Shown here: piece by piece, positions 18,903-29,042 of the stretch
How positions within the stretch are numbered: the first letter of the stretch is position 1
Layout of the letters: each line of letters begins with the position of its first letter
Assembly: GCA_009779855.1 (NCBI GenBank)
Contig: WRBC01000008.1
Coordinates: 8,615 to 72,614 of the forward strand
Length of the DNA: 64,000 nt
Source of the DNA: Coriobacteriia bacterium
GTDB lineage: Bacteria > Actinomycetota > Coriobacteriia > WRKU01 > WQUG01
Direction: 5' to 3'
Position numbers and translations under genes: made by a program
The notes under the pieces: model-generated
Database searches by the model: none
What the model was told of the DNA's origin: nothing
What the model saw: the letters and a program-made list of their open reading frames with translations, nothing else

Positions 18903-19548
18903 GAAGGTCACCTGTTCTGAAAACAGGGAGACTCAAGGCCCTATCGAACAAGATGTCCAAGAAAAGATGCAGGCTCTACGTAGCGATATTGTACGGTTTG
19001 AATCGGCGGCTCTTGCCTTTTCTGGTGGGGTAGATTCTGCGCTGCTCGCTTATGTAGCTGCGCAGGAGCTGGGTGATAAATTTATTGCAGTGACCCTGCA
19101 ATCGGCACTTATGAAAGAGGCTGACGTGTCGGAGGCCACCCGATTTTGCGACACCTATGGCATAAGGCATGTTTTAATTGATATGGACATTTTGGCAGAT
19201 GAATGCTTTGTGGCCAACGACCAAGATCGTTGCTATCACTGCAAGGTTGCTATTTTCTCAGCAGTGAGGGAATGTGCGGACCAGCATAACTTGAGCCATG
19301 TTATGGATGGGACAAACATTGAAGACTGTCCCAATAGGCGCCCAGGGATGCGCGTTTTGCGCGAACAAGGGATACGTAGCCCTTTGCGTGAAAACCTATT
19401 TACTAAAGAGGATATCCGAACTGTTTCAAAGCAAATGAAATTGTTTACTTGGGACAAGGTTTCAGACTCTTGTCTTGCGACACGTGTTCCGCAGGGACAG
19501 CACATAACTGCCGATGAATTGGATAGACTTCGTCGCTTTGAGGATTAA
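18886..19548 (+). CDS. PP-loop ATP-pyrophosphatase, LarE-like sulfur transferase family
   Basis: SGGVDSALLAY PP-loop and a conserved Cys region (CYHCK). Resembles LarE/TIGR00268. Confidence 0.6.
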   Translation: MTKESKKVTCSENRETQGPIEQDVQEKMQALRSDIVRFESAALAFSGGVDSALLAYVAAQELGDKFIAVTLQSALMKEADVSEATRFCDTYGIRHVLIDMDILADECFVANDQDRCYHCKVAIFSAVRECADQHNLSHVMDGTNIEDCPNRRPGMRVLREQGIRSPLRENLFTKEDIRTVSKQMKLFTWDKVSDSCLATRVPQGQHITADELDRLRRFED

Positions 19549-19625
19549 TTATTGATTGCCAATTGATTAAAGTCTTGTCTAAATGGGTTTGACTTTAGTG
19601 GCCCTAGTGTTTTATTTTAAATTTC

Positions 19626-22043
19626 ATGAAAAATTTATTGATTGTAGAAAGTCCAGCGAAGGCACAGACTATCGAGCGCTACCTAGGCTCAGACTTTAAG
19701 GTGAAATCTTCGATAGGACACATTCGTCAGATTCCTCCTAAAGATGACAAAGCTATTGATGTTGAAAATGGCTTTGCAACACGCTATGAAGTTGACCCTT
19801 CAAAAAAGAAAGTTGTTACAGAGCTAAAGCGTGCAGTTAAGGATGCTGATCAGGTGTGGCTGGCAACAGATGAAGATCGCGAGGGAGAGGCCATCGCTTG
19901 GCATCTTGCTGAAGTTCTTGATTTGGATGTAGACACAACAAAACGTATTGCTTTCAATGAAATAACTAAAGCTGCTTTAGAGCAGGCCGTTGAAAGTCCG
20001 CGTACTATTGACATGAACTTAGTTTATGCACAACAGACACGCCAGATACTGGATCGTCTGGTTGGCTATGAGCTGAGTCCTGTCGTTTGGAAAAAGGTTC
20101 CAGGAGGAAAGAGTGCAGGACGCGTTCAATCACCTGCAGTACGTTTGGTAGTAGAGCGCGAACGCGAGATTGCTAACTTTAAACCTGAAGAAAGCTTTAA
20201 GGTAAGCGCCGAGCTTCACTGTGCAGACTGCAGTGACCCTAAGGCTGAAGAGGGCGATATATTTAAGGCAGAGCTTGATCATAGCTTTGACAGTGAGGCT
20301 GCTGCTGGTGATTTGCTGGCAAAGCTCATTGGTGCTCACTGGACAGTGTCTGATGTTGCTACTAAGCCTGGCACACGTAATCCCTCAGCACCCTTTACTA
20401 CTTCAACCTTGCAGCAGGAGGCCAATAGTAAGTTAGGTTTTTCTGCTCGCTCGACTATGAGTGCTGCCCAGGCTCTTTACCAGGCAGGCCATATTACGTA
20501 TATGCGTACAGATTCTACGACACTTTCAAAGAGCGCCCTTGCACAGGCTGCACAATACATAAATAAAACTTTTGGTGAGGAATACTCGCAAACACGCCAG
20601 TTCAAAACAAAAAAAGACAATGCACAAGAGGCACATGAAGCCATTCGCCCAACTAATATTGCCTTAGAGGTTGCGGGCGGTAATGATTTTGAAAAAAGAA
20701 TTTATCAGCTGATTCGCAATAGAACCCTTGCTTCTCAAATGGCTGCAGCACAACTAGAGAAAACCACAGTAGGCATTGATGTGTATGCCGGTGATGATAG
20801 AAGTGGCACTACAGATAAACCCGTTGCTCACTTTAAGGCAAAAGGTGAGGCTATTACCTTTGATGGCTTTCTTCGCGCTTATGGAAGAAAAGAGGGTAAG
20901 TATCTGCCCCGTATGGTCGCAGGCGATCAGTTGGCTGCTGTTTTGGTTCGTGCCAAGCAAACTTTTTCAAAGGCTCCTGGTCGTTATACTGAGGGTAGTC
21001 TTGTAAAAAAGCTAGAGGACCTAGGCATTGGACGACCCTCTACTTACGCAACTATTCTTGACACTATCAAGTCACGCGGTTATGTGAAAGTAGGCGAAGG
21101 CGAAGGTGTTGAGCGTCCTGCCGTAGAACTGACGCTGCTAGAGGATGCTACAGAGGTCATTCGTGAAATCCTAAAAGAGCGAACAGGGTCTGATAAAGGA
21201 CGCCTAGTTCCTAATGCTATCGGGGAAGTGTTGTCTGACTTCTTGTTAGATTATTTTACTGATATTGTCGATTATGACTTTACGGCTCACACTGAGGAAA
21301 GTCTTGACAGTATCGAGCATGGAAAACTGGATCCTCAAAAAATGCTACAGGACTTCTATGGTCCCTTCCACGAATTGATTGAATCTGCTGATACTATAGA
21401 CAGAAAAGCAGTTAGCAAGGCGCGCGAAATAGGCACAGATCCAAAAAGTGGGAAACCTATTAGTGCAAGAATTGGTCGCTTTGGACCCATGCTACAAATG
21501 GGAGATGCCGAAGATGAGGAAAAGCCTCGTTTTGCCAACCTTCCTGAAGGAACAACCATCGACACGGTAAGCCTCGAGGCCGCGTTAGAGATGTTTAAAT
21601 TGCCCCGCTTGATTGGACAAACTGAAGACGGACAAGATATTAAAGCAAATATTGGACGCTTTGGTCCCTATGTGCAGGTTGGCAAGCTCTACGCCAGTAT
21701 CAAAGCGCCCGATGATCCGTTTACAATTGGATTAGAGCGGGCACGAGAGCTTTATGCTGAAAAACTTAAGGCAGAAGCAGAGAAAAATATCGCTATTTTT
21801 GACAGCGGAATCAAGGTACTGAAAGGTCGCTATGGTCCTTATGTGACTGACGGAAAAAAGAATGTCACTATTTCTAAAGATATTGATCCGACTACGGTAA
21901 CTGAAAAGCAGGCAAAAGAGATGATTGAGAATGCGCCTGTTAAAAAGCGTCGTGGCGCAAAAAGTACTACAAAGAAACCAGCTGCCAAGAAAGCTGCCGC
22001 AAAGAAGTCGACGACTAAAAAGACAACAAAGAAGAAGACCTAG
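19626..22043 (+). CDS. topA: DNA topoisomerase I with lysine-rich C-terminal tail
   Basis: TOPRIM (LIVESPAKAQTI), catalytic Tyr region (ITYMRTDS) and a C-terminal AKK/TKK repeat tail typical of actinobacterial TopA. Confidence 0.9.
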   Translation: MKNLLIVESPAKAQTIERYLGSDFKVKSSIGHIRQIPPKDDKAIDVENGFATRYEVDPSKKKVVTELKRAVKDADQVWLATDEDREGEAIAWHLAEVLDLDVDTTKRIAFNEITKAALEQAVESPRTIDMNLVYAQQTRQILDRLVGYELSPVVWKKVPGGKSAGRVQSPAVRLVVEREREIANFKPEESFKVSAELHCADCSDPKAEEGDIFKAELDHSFDSEAAAGDLLAKLIGAHWTVSDVATKPGTRNPSAPFTTSTLQQEANSKLGFSARSTMSAAQALYQAGHITYMRTDSTTLSKSALAQAAQYINKTFGEEYSQTRQFKTKKDNAQEAHEAIRPTNIALEVAGGNDFEKRIYQLIRNRTLASQMAAAQLEKTTVGIDVYAGDDRSGTTDKPVAHFKAKGEAITFDGFLRAYGRKEGKYLPRMVAGDQLAAVLVRAKQTFSKAPGRYTEGSLVKKLEDLGIGRPSTYATILDTIKSRGYVKVGEGEGVERPAVELTLLEDATEVIREILKERTGSDKGRLVPNAIGEVLSDFLLDYFTDIVDYDFTAHTEESLDSIEHGKLDPQKMLQDFYGPFHELIESADTIDRKAVSKAREIGTDPKSGKPISARIGRFGPMLQMGDAEDEEKPRFANLPEGTTIDTVSLEAALEMFKLPRLIGQTEDGQDIKANIGRFGPYVQVGKLYASIKAPDDPFTIGLERARELYAEKLKAEAEKNIAIFDSGIKVLKGRYGPYVTDGKKNVTISKDIDPTTVTEKQAKEMIENAPVKKRRGAKSTTKKPAAKKAAAKKSTTKKTTKKKT

Positions 22044-22072
22044 TTATAGTGACAATAGCAGCGGAGGCAATT

Positions 22073-23128
22073 ATGAAATCATTCGCTTCAGACAATTATT
22101 CAGGAGCTCATCCTGAGGTTCTTAGGGCAGTGGTGCAGGCAAGCGATAATCATGTTCCTTCCTACGGAGAAGATCCCTATACTGAAGAGGCGACTGACGC
22201 TTTTCGAAAACAGTTTGGGTCAGATGTTCATGTGCAAATGCTTTTTAATGGCACAGCGGCAAATATACTCTGCTTGTCAGCACTCATGAAGCCCTGGGAT
22301 GGAGTTATCGCAGCGAAGACGGCTCATATTAATACAGATGAGTGCGGTGCCCCAGAACGAGTAGCAGGCATCAAGGTAATTCCAGTCGATACTGAAAACG
22401 GCAAACTGACTATAGAGGCGATTGCCCCTATAGTCGAGCAGTTACAAGGTTTTGAGCATGCTCGTCAACCTAAGGTGATATCTATTAGCAATGTTGCAGA
22501 ATTGGGTACACTTTATTCGCCAGAAGAGACGCGCATCTTGGCAGAGTATGCCCATTCTAAAGGCATGTATTTGCATGTTGATGGGGCGCGTCTAGCAAAT
22601 GCTGCTGCTGCTCTTGATGTTTCACTTGCAGCATTAACAAGTGAGGCAGGGGTGGATGCACTTAGTTTAGGTGGTACAAAAAATGGCATGCTCTATGGTG
22701 ATGCCGCATTGTGGTTTGGTGGAGCAGCCAAAGAAGTCAAAGCTGGTAGCTTTATGTTGTGCAAGGCCTCAAGTATGCTCGGATCAAAAATGCGCTTTCA
22801 GGCTGTGCAATTTCACGCGATGTATGCTGGCACTTTATGGCGTGAGTGTGCTAATCAGGCAAACGCAATGGCAAAAAGACTGGCTGCTGGTCTACCAAAG
22901 GACTGTAAGTTAGCTTTTGTAGAAAAGGTTGGCTTTGCCAATGAAGTGTTTGCCCATTTGCCAAAAAACATTATTTCCCCCTTGCAAGAACGCTTCCACT
23001 TTTACACCTGGGAAGTGGGAGAGGATAATACAGATGTGGTGCGGTGGGTTACTTCATGGGACACAAAAGAAGAAGAGGTAGATGCCCTGCTTGATGCGAT
23101 TAGAACATCAATTGAAGCTGTAGCTTAA
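22073..23128 (+). CDS. ltaE: Low-specificity L-threonine aldolase
   Basis: MKSFASDNYSGAHPEVL... and a PLP-lysine region (GGTKNG). An alternative upstream start exists at 22049. Confidence 0.75.
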   Translation: MKSFASDNYSGAHPEVLRAVVQASDNHVPSYGEDPYTEEATDAFRKQFGSDVHVQMLFNGTAANILCLSALMKPWDGVIAAKTAHINTDECGAPERVAGIKVIPVDTENGKLTIEAIAPIVEQLQGFEHARQPKVISISNVAELGTLYSPEETRILAEYAHSKGMYLHVDGARLANAAAALDVSLAALTSEAGVDALSLGGTKNGMLYGDAALWFGGAAKEVKAGSFMLCKASSMLGSKMRFQAVQFHAMYAGTLWRECANQANAMAKRLAAGLPKDCKLAFVEKVGFANEVFAHLPKNIISPLQERFHFYTWEVGEDNTDVVRWVTSWDTKEEEVDALLDAIRTSIEAVA

Positions 23129-23138
23129 GGAGTAACTA

Positions 23139-23714
23139 GTGGCAAATCGAGAACAGGTGGAAGTCCAGACAAATTTTCGTGCAGAGGAAACAGCAGGCTT
23201 TTGTTCCGTTTGCAATAAGATTGTTCCGCGCAAGGCAGATGCTAGCTGCTCAGAAGGAGAGCATGAGGCAGAGCGCGTTACAGGGCTTGTGCCACTTAAT
23301 GCAGACGGACAACTTCCTTTTCAGCTACCAAAGTTCAATTGGGGTGCGGCTTTGATGCCGCCTGTATGGGGGCCTATTCACGGGGCACTATCAGGGGCGA
23401 TAGTTTTGCCCATTATCATTTTTGCCCGCAATGTTTTCCAGAATGCACTTGATCTACCTGACGATGCCAGCATGGTACTGCGCGGAATTGTTTGGCTGAT
23501 TACGATTAGTATTATGCTCAGTACAGTCTATTTTATGTATTTTTACGGCAGGCGTGGCTACGGACTTGCTTGGAATAAGTCTGCAATCTCTAAACAGCCA
23601 GAAGTAACTCAAGAGATGTTTGATAGCTTTTTAAAGCGTGAACGTTTATGGACGGCTTTGTCGGCGATACTCTTTGCGGGCTTTGTGTTCCTGGTAATAA
23701 ATTTCTGGCTTTAA
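23139..23714 (+). CDS. Hypothetical membrane protein with an N-terminal Cys4-like motif
   Basis: CSVCNKIVPRKADASC followed by 3-4 TM helices. No known domain. Confidence 0.4.
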   Translation: MANREQVEVQTNFRAEETAGFCSVCNKIVPRKADASCSEGEHEAERVTGLVPLNADGQLPFQLPKFNWGAALMPPVWGPIHGALSGAIVLPIIIFARNVFQNALDLPDDASMVLRGIVWLITISIMLSTVYFMYFYGRRGYGLAWNKSAISKQPEVTQEMFDSFLKRERLWTALSAILFAGFVFLVINFWL

Positions 23715-23792
23715 GGCTATTTCGAAAGCTTGAACTTCTGAGCCATGGATATCAGGTGCACTTTGTTTAGAGCGGGAGTGTATACTTAGTGC

Positions 23793-24941
23793 ATGAAATT
23801 TTTTAGACCATTAGTCTTAACGCTTCTTTTTGTCACTTTTGTGGCAGGGGTGACCTATGTCACGATGCATCGCCTGGATGACTGGGGTCTTTTTGCTGAC
23901 TCATCTGCAGAGGAAGTAATTTCTGAATATGAGCCTGAGGAGGCAAGCACCTATCCCTTTATTATTCCCATGGAGGGCCCTGAGGTTACAGGATTTCCTT
24001 TCGAGTTCAGTTTCCTAGATGATTACTTTTCTGTGCAGGCACAGATTGATCACCGTGTTTATCATGGTGCCATGACAGCACAGCGTGGCTTTTTGTTGAC
24101 TGAAGATGCGGGCGACGAAGAGCGCTTTGCAGCAATAGCCACTTATTACAATAAGCTAACCTTTGATCCCGAAATGGATGACGCTATTGATAGCGTCATC
24201 GAGCAGATGCGCAGTATTAGAGACGACCTTGAGCTTAATAGTGACCAATACATAGAACTCATGACGAAATTTGTTCAAACAATTCCTTACGATGAGGATC
24301 GTGGTTTTGTCAGTGATCTCTACGGAAACGAAGTAAAGGCTTTGGGTGATCCCCGTATGCCGATTCAAGTGTTGGTGGACGGCAAGGCAGACTGTGATGA
24401 AAAGGTTATGCTGCTTGCAGCCCTGTTGACCCGCGAAGGATTCGGTACATCAGTCTTATTCTTTGAGGCTGAACAACACATGGCCTTAGGTGTACGTTCT
24501 GCAGAGGGTGGGTTTGCAGGAACAGGTTATGAATTTGTGGAGACAACAGGACTGAGTTATGTGTCAGAGATTCCTGAAGAATTCATAGGTGGGATAGTTC
24601 TTGAATCAGACCCTGTTGTGCTGTTGCTTGACCCTGGTGAAGCTACAGGTGGTAACCATGTGATAGATGGTCATTTTTCTGCTGAAGCTATAACGCAAGT
24701 TGCGCGCATTATCGAAGTAAGAAATACTGCGGAGACAGCGGCAGAAGAAAAGCGAGCGTTTATAGAATCTACGCCCATGACAGAAGCAGAATTTGAGCGT
24801 GAGAACGCTCTTTTTCAGGCCTGCATTACCGCGATGAATAGCTTGCGAGCAACAGTAGATAATCTGGGTTATGATACAGGTGATTTTATGGATCGCAGCG
24901 ATGCTATAGAGTGGATTAATCAGTACGCTTGGTGGGAGTGA
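23793..24941 (+). CDS. Membrane-anchored extracytoplasmic protein with transglutaminase-like Cys/His core
   Basis: N-terminal TM/signal anchor. KADCDEKVMLLAALLTREGFGTSVLFFEAEQHMALG resembles the Cys...His spacing of the transglutaminase-like papain-fold core. Confidence 0.4.
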   Translation: MKFFRPLVLTLLFVTFVAGVTYVTMHRLDDWGLFADSSAEEVISEYEPEEASTYPFIIPMEGPEVTGFPFEFSFLDDYFSVQAQIDHRVYHGAMTAQRGFLLTEDAGDEERFAAIATYYNKLTFDPEMDDAIDSVIEQMRSIRDDLELNSDQYIELMTKFVQTIPYDEDRGFVSDLYGNEVKALGDPRMPIQVLVDGKADCDEKVMLLAALLTREGFGTSVLFFEAEQHMALGVRSAEGGFAGTGYEFVETTGLSYVSEIPEEFIGGIVLESDPVVLLLDPGEATGGNHVIDGHFSAEAITQVARIIEVRNTAETAAEEKRAFIESTPMTEAEFERENALFQACITAMNSLRATVDNLGYDTGDFMDRSDAIEWINQYAWWE

Positions 24942-25080
24942 GTGCTTTAAATGTCCAATTTCTGCACTATGACATTTCTTTCAGTGTGCTTGCGCAGGTG
25001 GTCGTTTTTGGGTAGTATAGTTCGGTTCACTTTCACATTGCCCCGTGGAACTGACAGTAATCTCAATTAGGAGGATGTTC

Positions 25081-25515
25081 GTGAAAACTTATTACGCCAA
25101 ACCTGGCGAAGTACAGCGCGATTGGGTGTTAGTTGATGCAACCGATATGGTACTGGGTCGTCTGGCTACCAGAGTTGCTGAAATCTTAAAGGGGAAAACT
25201 AAGCCCCAATATACACCACATATCGATGTTGGTGATTTTGTTGTTGTCATTAATGCAGAAAAGATTCGCCTTACAGGCAATAAGGCTGCAGACAAGAGCT
25301 ATTTTTCTCATAGTGGATACCCAGGTGGCTTAAAAGAGGTATCTTTTGAGCGCATGCTGGAAAAGCATCCAGAACGCATTATTGAAAAGGCTGTAAAGGG
25401 AATGCTGCCAAAGAACTCTTTAGGGCGTTCCATGGGTAAAAAACTTAAAGTATATGCTGGACCTGAGCACCCGCACGTTGCTCAGAATCCCCAAGCAATT
25501 GAATTGAAGGGATAG
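25081..25515 (+). CDS. rplM: 50S ribosomal protein L13
   Basis: [30 protein letters not shown]... is a canonical L13. GTG start. Confidence 0.9.
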   Translation: MKTYYAKPGEVQRDWVLVDATDMVLGRLATRVAEILKGKTKPQYTPHIDVGDFVVVINAEKIRLTGNKAADKSYFSHSGYPGGLKEVSFERMLEKHPERIIEKAVKGMLPKNSLGRSMGKKLKVYAGPEHPHVAQNPQAIELKG

Positions 25516-25518
25516 TCA

Positions 25519-26160
25519 ATGGCAGACGAGAAAAAAACAACTGCTGCAGCTGAAAAGGCTACCGAAGAAAAGAAGCCTGCTGCAAAGAAGACCGCAGCTA
25601 AGAAGGCTCCTGCTAAAAAGACAGCAGCAGAAGAAAAGAAGCCAGCAGCGAAAAAGACTCCTGTTAAGAAGGCTGCCCCTAAAAAGGTGGCTGCAAAACC
25701 AGCAGCTAAGAAGGCTCCTGCTAAACCTGCAGCGAAAAAAGTCACTAAGCCAAAGTTGGATTTACCAAAGCCTAGCGTTAGCTACAGTGGTACTGGGCGT
25801 CGTAAAAACGCGGTTGCTCGTGTTCGCATTTTCCCAGGTACGGGCAAAATATATGCCAACGGCAAAGAAGGTATGGAATATTTTGGTCGTCAAGCACTGA
25901 TTAATTACATTAATGTACCTTTCAAGGCAGTTGACGTAAATGGCCAATTTGATGTGATTGCTTTACTTCATGGTGGCGGAATCAGTGGGCAAGCTGGCGC
26001 ACTGCGTTTGGGTATTGCACGCGCACTACTAGAGGTAAGCGAAGAGCACCGTGCAGAACTGAAGAAGGCAGGACTCTTGCGTCGTGACCCACGTATGGTC
26101 GAACGTAAGAAGTACGGTCTAAAGAAAGCACGTAAGCGCCCACAGTTTAGTAAGCGCTAG
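25519..26160 (+). CDS. rpsI: 30S ribosomal protein S9 with ~85-aa N-terminal AKKA-repeat (histone H1-like) extension
   Basis: C-terminal 130 aa are a canonical S9 ([14 protein letters not shown]...[16 protein letters not shown]). The N-terminus is K/A/P-rich repeats ([14 protein letters not shown]...). Confidence 0.85.
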   Translation: MADEKKTTAAAEKATEEKKPAAKKTAAKKAPAKKTAAEEKKPAAKKTPVKKAAPKKVAAKPAAKKAPAKPAAKKVTKPKLDLPKPSVSYSGTGRRKNAVARVRIFPGTGKIYANGKEGMEYFGRQALINYINVPFKAVDVNGQFDVIALLHGGGISGQAGALRLGIARALLEVSEEHRAELKKAGLLRRDPRMVERKKYGLKKARKRPQFSKR

Positions 26161-26189
26161 TGCTCATTTACTTATTGATGTGTTAATTC

Positions 26190-26220
26190 AGAGAGTCCGC
26201 CATGCGGACTCTCTTTGGTT
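26190..26220 (+). terminator. Rho-independent terminator after rpsI
   Basis: Perfect 11-bp stem agagagtccgc / gcggactctct followed by TTTGGTT. Confidence 0.6.
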
Positions 26221-26252
26221 AAGGTATATACGCACTACCTAAGGAGTCTTCG

Positions 26253-27698
26253 ATGTCGAAAAAACTTTTTGGAACAGACGGTATTCGGGGTATTGCAAAT
26301 ACAGAACTTACCCCAGAACTCGCCTTTAAATTGGGCCGAGCCATTGTGGCAACTTTGCCATCGGATGCTTTCGCTTTTACGGAAGAGTCTGGCAAGAAGG
26401 TGACAGATGTAACGGCGGCAGTAAAGTTTAGACGTCCTCGCGTGCTAATTGGTCGTGATACGCGCCGTAGCGGCAAGATGCTAGAAGGAGCCCTTTCGGC
26501 AGGAATCACCAGTGCGGGAGCTGACGCTGTACTTGCCGGTATTGTTCCCACCCCTGCAGTGTCACTACTTTTGCAGGATGACTGTTTTGATGCGGGAGTA
26601 GTTATTTCTGCAAGTCATAATCCGCCAGAGTATAACGGACTAAAGGTATTCATGGGTGGAGGCAAGAAGCTCAGCGACAAGCAAGAAGAGCAAGTCGAAG
26701 AATTGTTGCACACAGATGATGTGCCTTTGCCAAAGTTTTGCAACGATGGTGACACTTGTAAGTGTAGACCAAGTAGACCTACAGGCTCTTCAGTGGGAAG
26801 AGTCGAGGTTCTAGCAACCGCTACGGAAGAATATGTGCAAAAGCTTGTTGCACTTTTTCCTATAGGTGCACTCAAGGGTATGAAAATTGCCCTAGATTGC
26901 GGTCATGGTGCCTCGTATTCAGCAAGCCCTGCTGCACTTGAAGCTCTAGGGGCAGAAGTTGTCGTACTTAATGATGATTTCTCAGGTGATGATATTAATG
27001 TTGGCTGCGGATCTACGCACCTCGAGGTAGTTGCACGATGTGTTCGTTCAGGAGACTTTGATCTAGGTATTGCCCATGACGGTGATGCTGATCGCATGCT
27101 CGCTGTGGATGAGACAGGCGCAGAGGTTGATGGAGACCACATCATGGCAGTATGTGCCAAGTACTTAAAGGACACAGGACAAATGGATGAGCTTCCTGTG
27201 GTGGGAACTGTTATGGCGAACCTGGGGTTTGTTCGTGCGCTTGAAGGCATGGGAATTCCTGTAGAGACGACCGCCGTAGGGGATCGCTACGTGCTAGAGA
27301 GAATGTATGAAACAGGCGCGGTTCTTGGGGGAGAGCAGTCAGGGCACATTATCTTTTTGCAGCATAACAGTACAGGGGATGGATTACTCTCTGCACTGAT
27401 GCTTAGTTACATCGTTGCAAGTAGTGATAAGCCACTGTCCAAGTTGACAAAGGTCATGAAAGATTTTCCTCAAGTACTAATAAATGTATACGTTAGCAGT
27501 AAAGGTGTTGAAGGATGTGCTCCTCTTCAGACTGCTATGCGCTCTGCAGAGGCTGAACTAGGAGACACGGGTCGTATATTGGTACGTGCATCTGGCACAG
27601 AAAAGATGGTGCGAGTTATGGTGGAGGCTTCTGATGAAGAGCTTGCCCAAAACCTTGCCCAAAACCTTGCCGCAGTGGTTGAAAAGGAACTGGGGTAA
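26253..27698 (+). CDS. glmM: Phosphoglucosamine mutase
   Basis: GTDGIRG, active-site SASHNPPEYNGLK, and a metal-binding DGDADR motif. An N-terminal ~30-aa insertion is present relative to typical GlmM. Confidence 0.85.
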   Translation: MSKKLFGTDGIRGIANTELTPELAFKLGRAIVATLPSDAFAFTEESGKKVTDVTAAVKFRRPRVLIGRDTRRSGKMLEGALSAGITSAGADAVLAGIVPTPAVSLLLQDDCFDAGVVISASHNPPEYNGLKVFMGGGKKLSDKQEEQVEELLHTDDVPLPKFCNDGDTCKCRPSRPTGSSVGRVEVLATATEEYVQKLVALFPIGALKGMKIALDCGHGASYSASPAALEALGAEVVVLNDDFSGDDINVGCGSTHLEVVARCVRSGDFDLGIAHDGDADRMLAVDETGAEVDGDHIMAVCAKYLKDTGQMDELPVVGTVMANLGFVRALEGMGIPVETTAVGDRYVLERMYETGAVLGGEQSGHIIFLQHNSTGDGLLSALMLSYIVASSDKPLSKLTKVMKDFPQVLINVYVSSKGVEGCAPLQTAMRSAEAELGDTGRILVRASGTEKMVRVMVEASDEELAQNLAQNLAAVVEKELG

Positions 27699-27775
27699 TC
27701 ATTAAGATAGTTCCGTGTATTGTATAAGTCAAAATAGCAGCGATACGCGCCTGAAATGATGAGGAGAGATAGTCC

Positions 27776-29041
27776 ATGTCAGTAGTTCGTCTAAGTGAAT
27801 ATTACATGCCAACCTTGAAGGAGACTCCAGGGGACGCAGAGATTGCAAGTCATCAATTGCTGTTACGTGCTGGCTTTATGCGCAAGACGGCATCAGGGAT
27901 TTACTCTCTACTGCCCCTAGGGTGGCGTGTAGTGCAAAAAATTGAGCAGATTGTACGTGAAGAAATGGATGCCTTAAAGGCGCAAGAGATGCGTCTTCCT
28001 ATTATTCAGCCAGAAGAAATGTGGCGCGAATCAGGTCGATGGGATGCTTACGGCCCGGAATTAATGCGACTTAAAGACCGCCACGAACGTGGCTGGTGTC
28101 TTGGTCCGACTCATGAAGAGATAATCTCTGCACTGATTTCGACAGATGTTAAATCTTATAAGCAGCTGCCCTTTGCACTTTATCAGATGAATACAAAATT
28201 TCGTGATGAAATTCGTCCACGTTTTGGTTTGTTGCGAGGTCGCGAGTTCTTAATGAAGGATTGCTACTCCTTCCATGCGGATGAGGCTGACTTAGATCAT
28301 TACTATGAGCTGCAGGCACAGGCTTATGGGCGTATTGCTGATCGAATGGGGCTAAATTGGCGCCGAGTTGAAGCTGATAGTGGTCAAATCGGAGGCAAGG
28401 TCACCGCAGAATTTCACGCGATTGCAGATGCAGGAGAAAGTGATATCGTTTACTGCGCATGTGGATATGCTGCAGATATTGATACTTTGTCAGAGGGTGA
28501 GGCCCGTGAGATTTGCCCAAGGTGTGGCATTGCCCTTAAGCGTGCTCGCGGCATAGAGATTGGTCAAGTCTTTCAGGTAGGGGTTCAATATTCAGAGGCA
28601 ATGGGTGTACGGTTTGCAGATATTGATGGTACAGAGCATTTGCCCCTTATGGGCTGCTATGGATGGGGTATCACGCGCAGCCTTGCGGCAGCTATCGAGC
28701 AAAACCATGACGAACACGGAATGAAGTGGCCAACAGCCATTGCGCCTTATCAAGTTTGTTTAATTGGTATTGGAAAAGACGAGGAAGTAGCTAGCGCGCT
28801 AGAGGAGTTTGCTTCAGAGCTCAATCAGGCTGGCTTTGAGGTGGTTATCGATGATCGCAACGAACGTCCCGGAACAAAGTTTGCAGATGCGGATCTTATT
28901 GGGTGGCCCTATCAGGTCATTGTGGGTTCGCGCGGATTAAAAAACGGTGTTATTGAGGTCAAGGAGCGCATGAGTGGAGAAAAGAAAGAGCTTCCACCTG
29001 CAGCCCTTGCAGCTTACTTAGAGGAGAGGCTAAACAGCTAG
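27776..29041 (+). CDS. proS: Proline--tRNA ligase, prokaryotic-type lacking the INS editing domain
   Basis: Class II motifs (FRDEIRPRFGLLRGREFLMKD, GCYGWGITR) and a C-terminal anticodon-binding domain. Only 421 aa; a CxC...CPRC knuckle sits where INS normally is. Confidence 0.8.
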   Translation: MSVVRLSEYYMPTLKETPGDAEIASHQLLLRAGFMRKTASGIYSLLPLGWRVVQKIEQIVREEMDALKAQEMRLPIIQPEEMWRESGRWDAYGPELMRLKDRHERGWCLGPTHEEIISALISTDVKSYKQLPFALYQMNTKFRDEIRPRFGLLRGREFLMKDCYSFHADEADLDHYYELQAQAYGRIADRMGLNWRRVEADSGQIGGKVTAEFHAIADAGESDIVYCACGYAADIDTLSEGEAREICPRCGIALKRARGIEIGQVFQVGVQYSEAMGVRFADIDGTEHLPLMGCYGWGITRSLAAAIEQNHDEHGMKWPTAIAPYQVCLIGIGKDEEVASALEEFASELNQAGFEVVIDDRNERPGTKFADADLIGWPYQVIVGSRGLKNGVIEVKERMSGEKKELPPAALAAYLEERLNS

Positions 29042-29042
29042 C

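Noticed and set aside
25482-25745. 87-aa minus-strand ORF ([19 protein letters not shown]...) antisense to the start of rpsI
   Set aside because: It is the mirror image of the AKKA-repeat coding region of S9. This is low-complexity reverse-frame read-through with no independent coding signal.
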